Of a stretch of 64,000 nucleotides of DNA, positions 63,941-64,000 are shown piece by piece. The notes beneath the pieces are model-generated. The model had not been told where the DNA came from, did not search any database, and saw nothing but the letters and a program-made list of their open reading frames with translations. Numbering within the stretch: the stretch's first letter is position 1; the number at the start of each line of letters is the position of its first letter. The translations under genes and the position numbers were made by a program. The DNA is from Myxococcota bacterium (GTDB taxonomy: Bacteria > Myxococcota_A > UBA9160), in contig DATFYN010000028.1 in assembly GCA_035315025.1 (NCBI GenBank), positions 26,871-90,870 on the forward strand, read 5' to 3'.

Positions 63941-64000
63941 ATGTTACGCACACTCATACCGGCTCTCATCGTATCCATCGCACTTGTGTCGCCTGCCCTC
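63941..64000 (+). CDS. start of a secreted/membrane protein, truncated by window end
   Basis: GGAGGA at 63931-63936 precedes ATG 63941. The sequence MLRTLIPALIVSIALVSPAL looks like a signal peptide. Confidence 0.4.
   Translation, partial: MLRTLIPALIVSIALVSPAL

Noticed and set aside
1-64000. Search by eye for tRNA, rRNA, CRISPR arrays, phage or defence-system genes
   Set aside because: No T-loop/acceptor-like tRNA signatures, rRNA-like conserved stretches, regularly spaced direct repeats, or nuclease/RT/Cas-like ORFs were found. This absence is based on manual inspection only. It should be confirmed with tRNAscan-SE, Infernal, a CRISPR finder and DefenseFinder.

Overview
High-GC bacterial chromosomal segment. 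Third codon positions are mostly G/C, and long spurious antisense ORFs are common, so genes were called by protein motifs rather than ORF length. About 70 genes are supported. By eye there is no rRNA, tRNA or CRISPR array.

Content by region:
- 1-28 kb: a lipid or steroid-side-chain-like catabolic block. It holds three AMP-forming CoA ligases, several acyl-CoA dehydrogenases (one tandem pair), crotonases, LLM-type oxidoreductases, and a P450 with a small ferredoxin. hemF, galK, a leaderless GH84 plus phosphatase pair, a PEP-CTERM protein and a flotillin-like gene are interspersed.
- 28-35 kb: a redox and detoxification cluster (DoxX, ChrA, two aldo/keto reductases, SDR, AHL-lactonase-like MBL, VOC, TetR).
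- 35-45 kb: housekeeping genes (rluA-like, MscK-like channel, CBS, rnhA, ychF, tgt, pyrE).
- 45.6-47.3 kb: one IS1380-family insertion with clear ends.
- 52.3-55.7 kb: a translationally coupled module of a zinc-ribbon protein, two Get3/ArsA-like ATPases and a leaderless BtuF-like protein. This is the best candidate for an uncharacterised system.
- 56.7-61.9 kb: an AMIN/Pro-rich bitopic protein with ExeA and GspB-like proteins.
- Right end: an ECF sigma/anti-sigma pair.

A recurring oddity is that at least five otherwise well-conserved genes are broken by frameshifts, several of them at G/C homopolymers. This points to indel sequencing error and/or real gene decay. Two KstR-type operator motifs sit in divergent promoters of the lipid genes. 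The lineage cannot be assigned from the sequence alone. The gene content fits a Gram-negative high-GC group such as Myxococcota-like bacteria.
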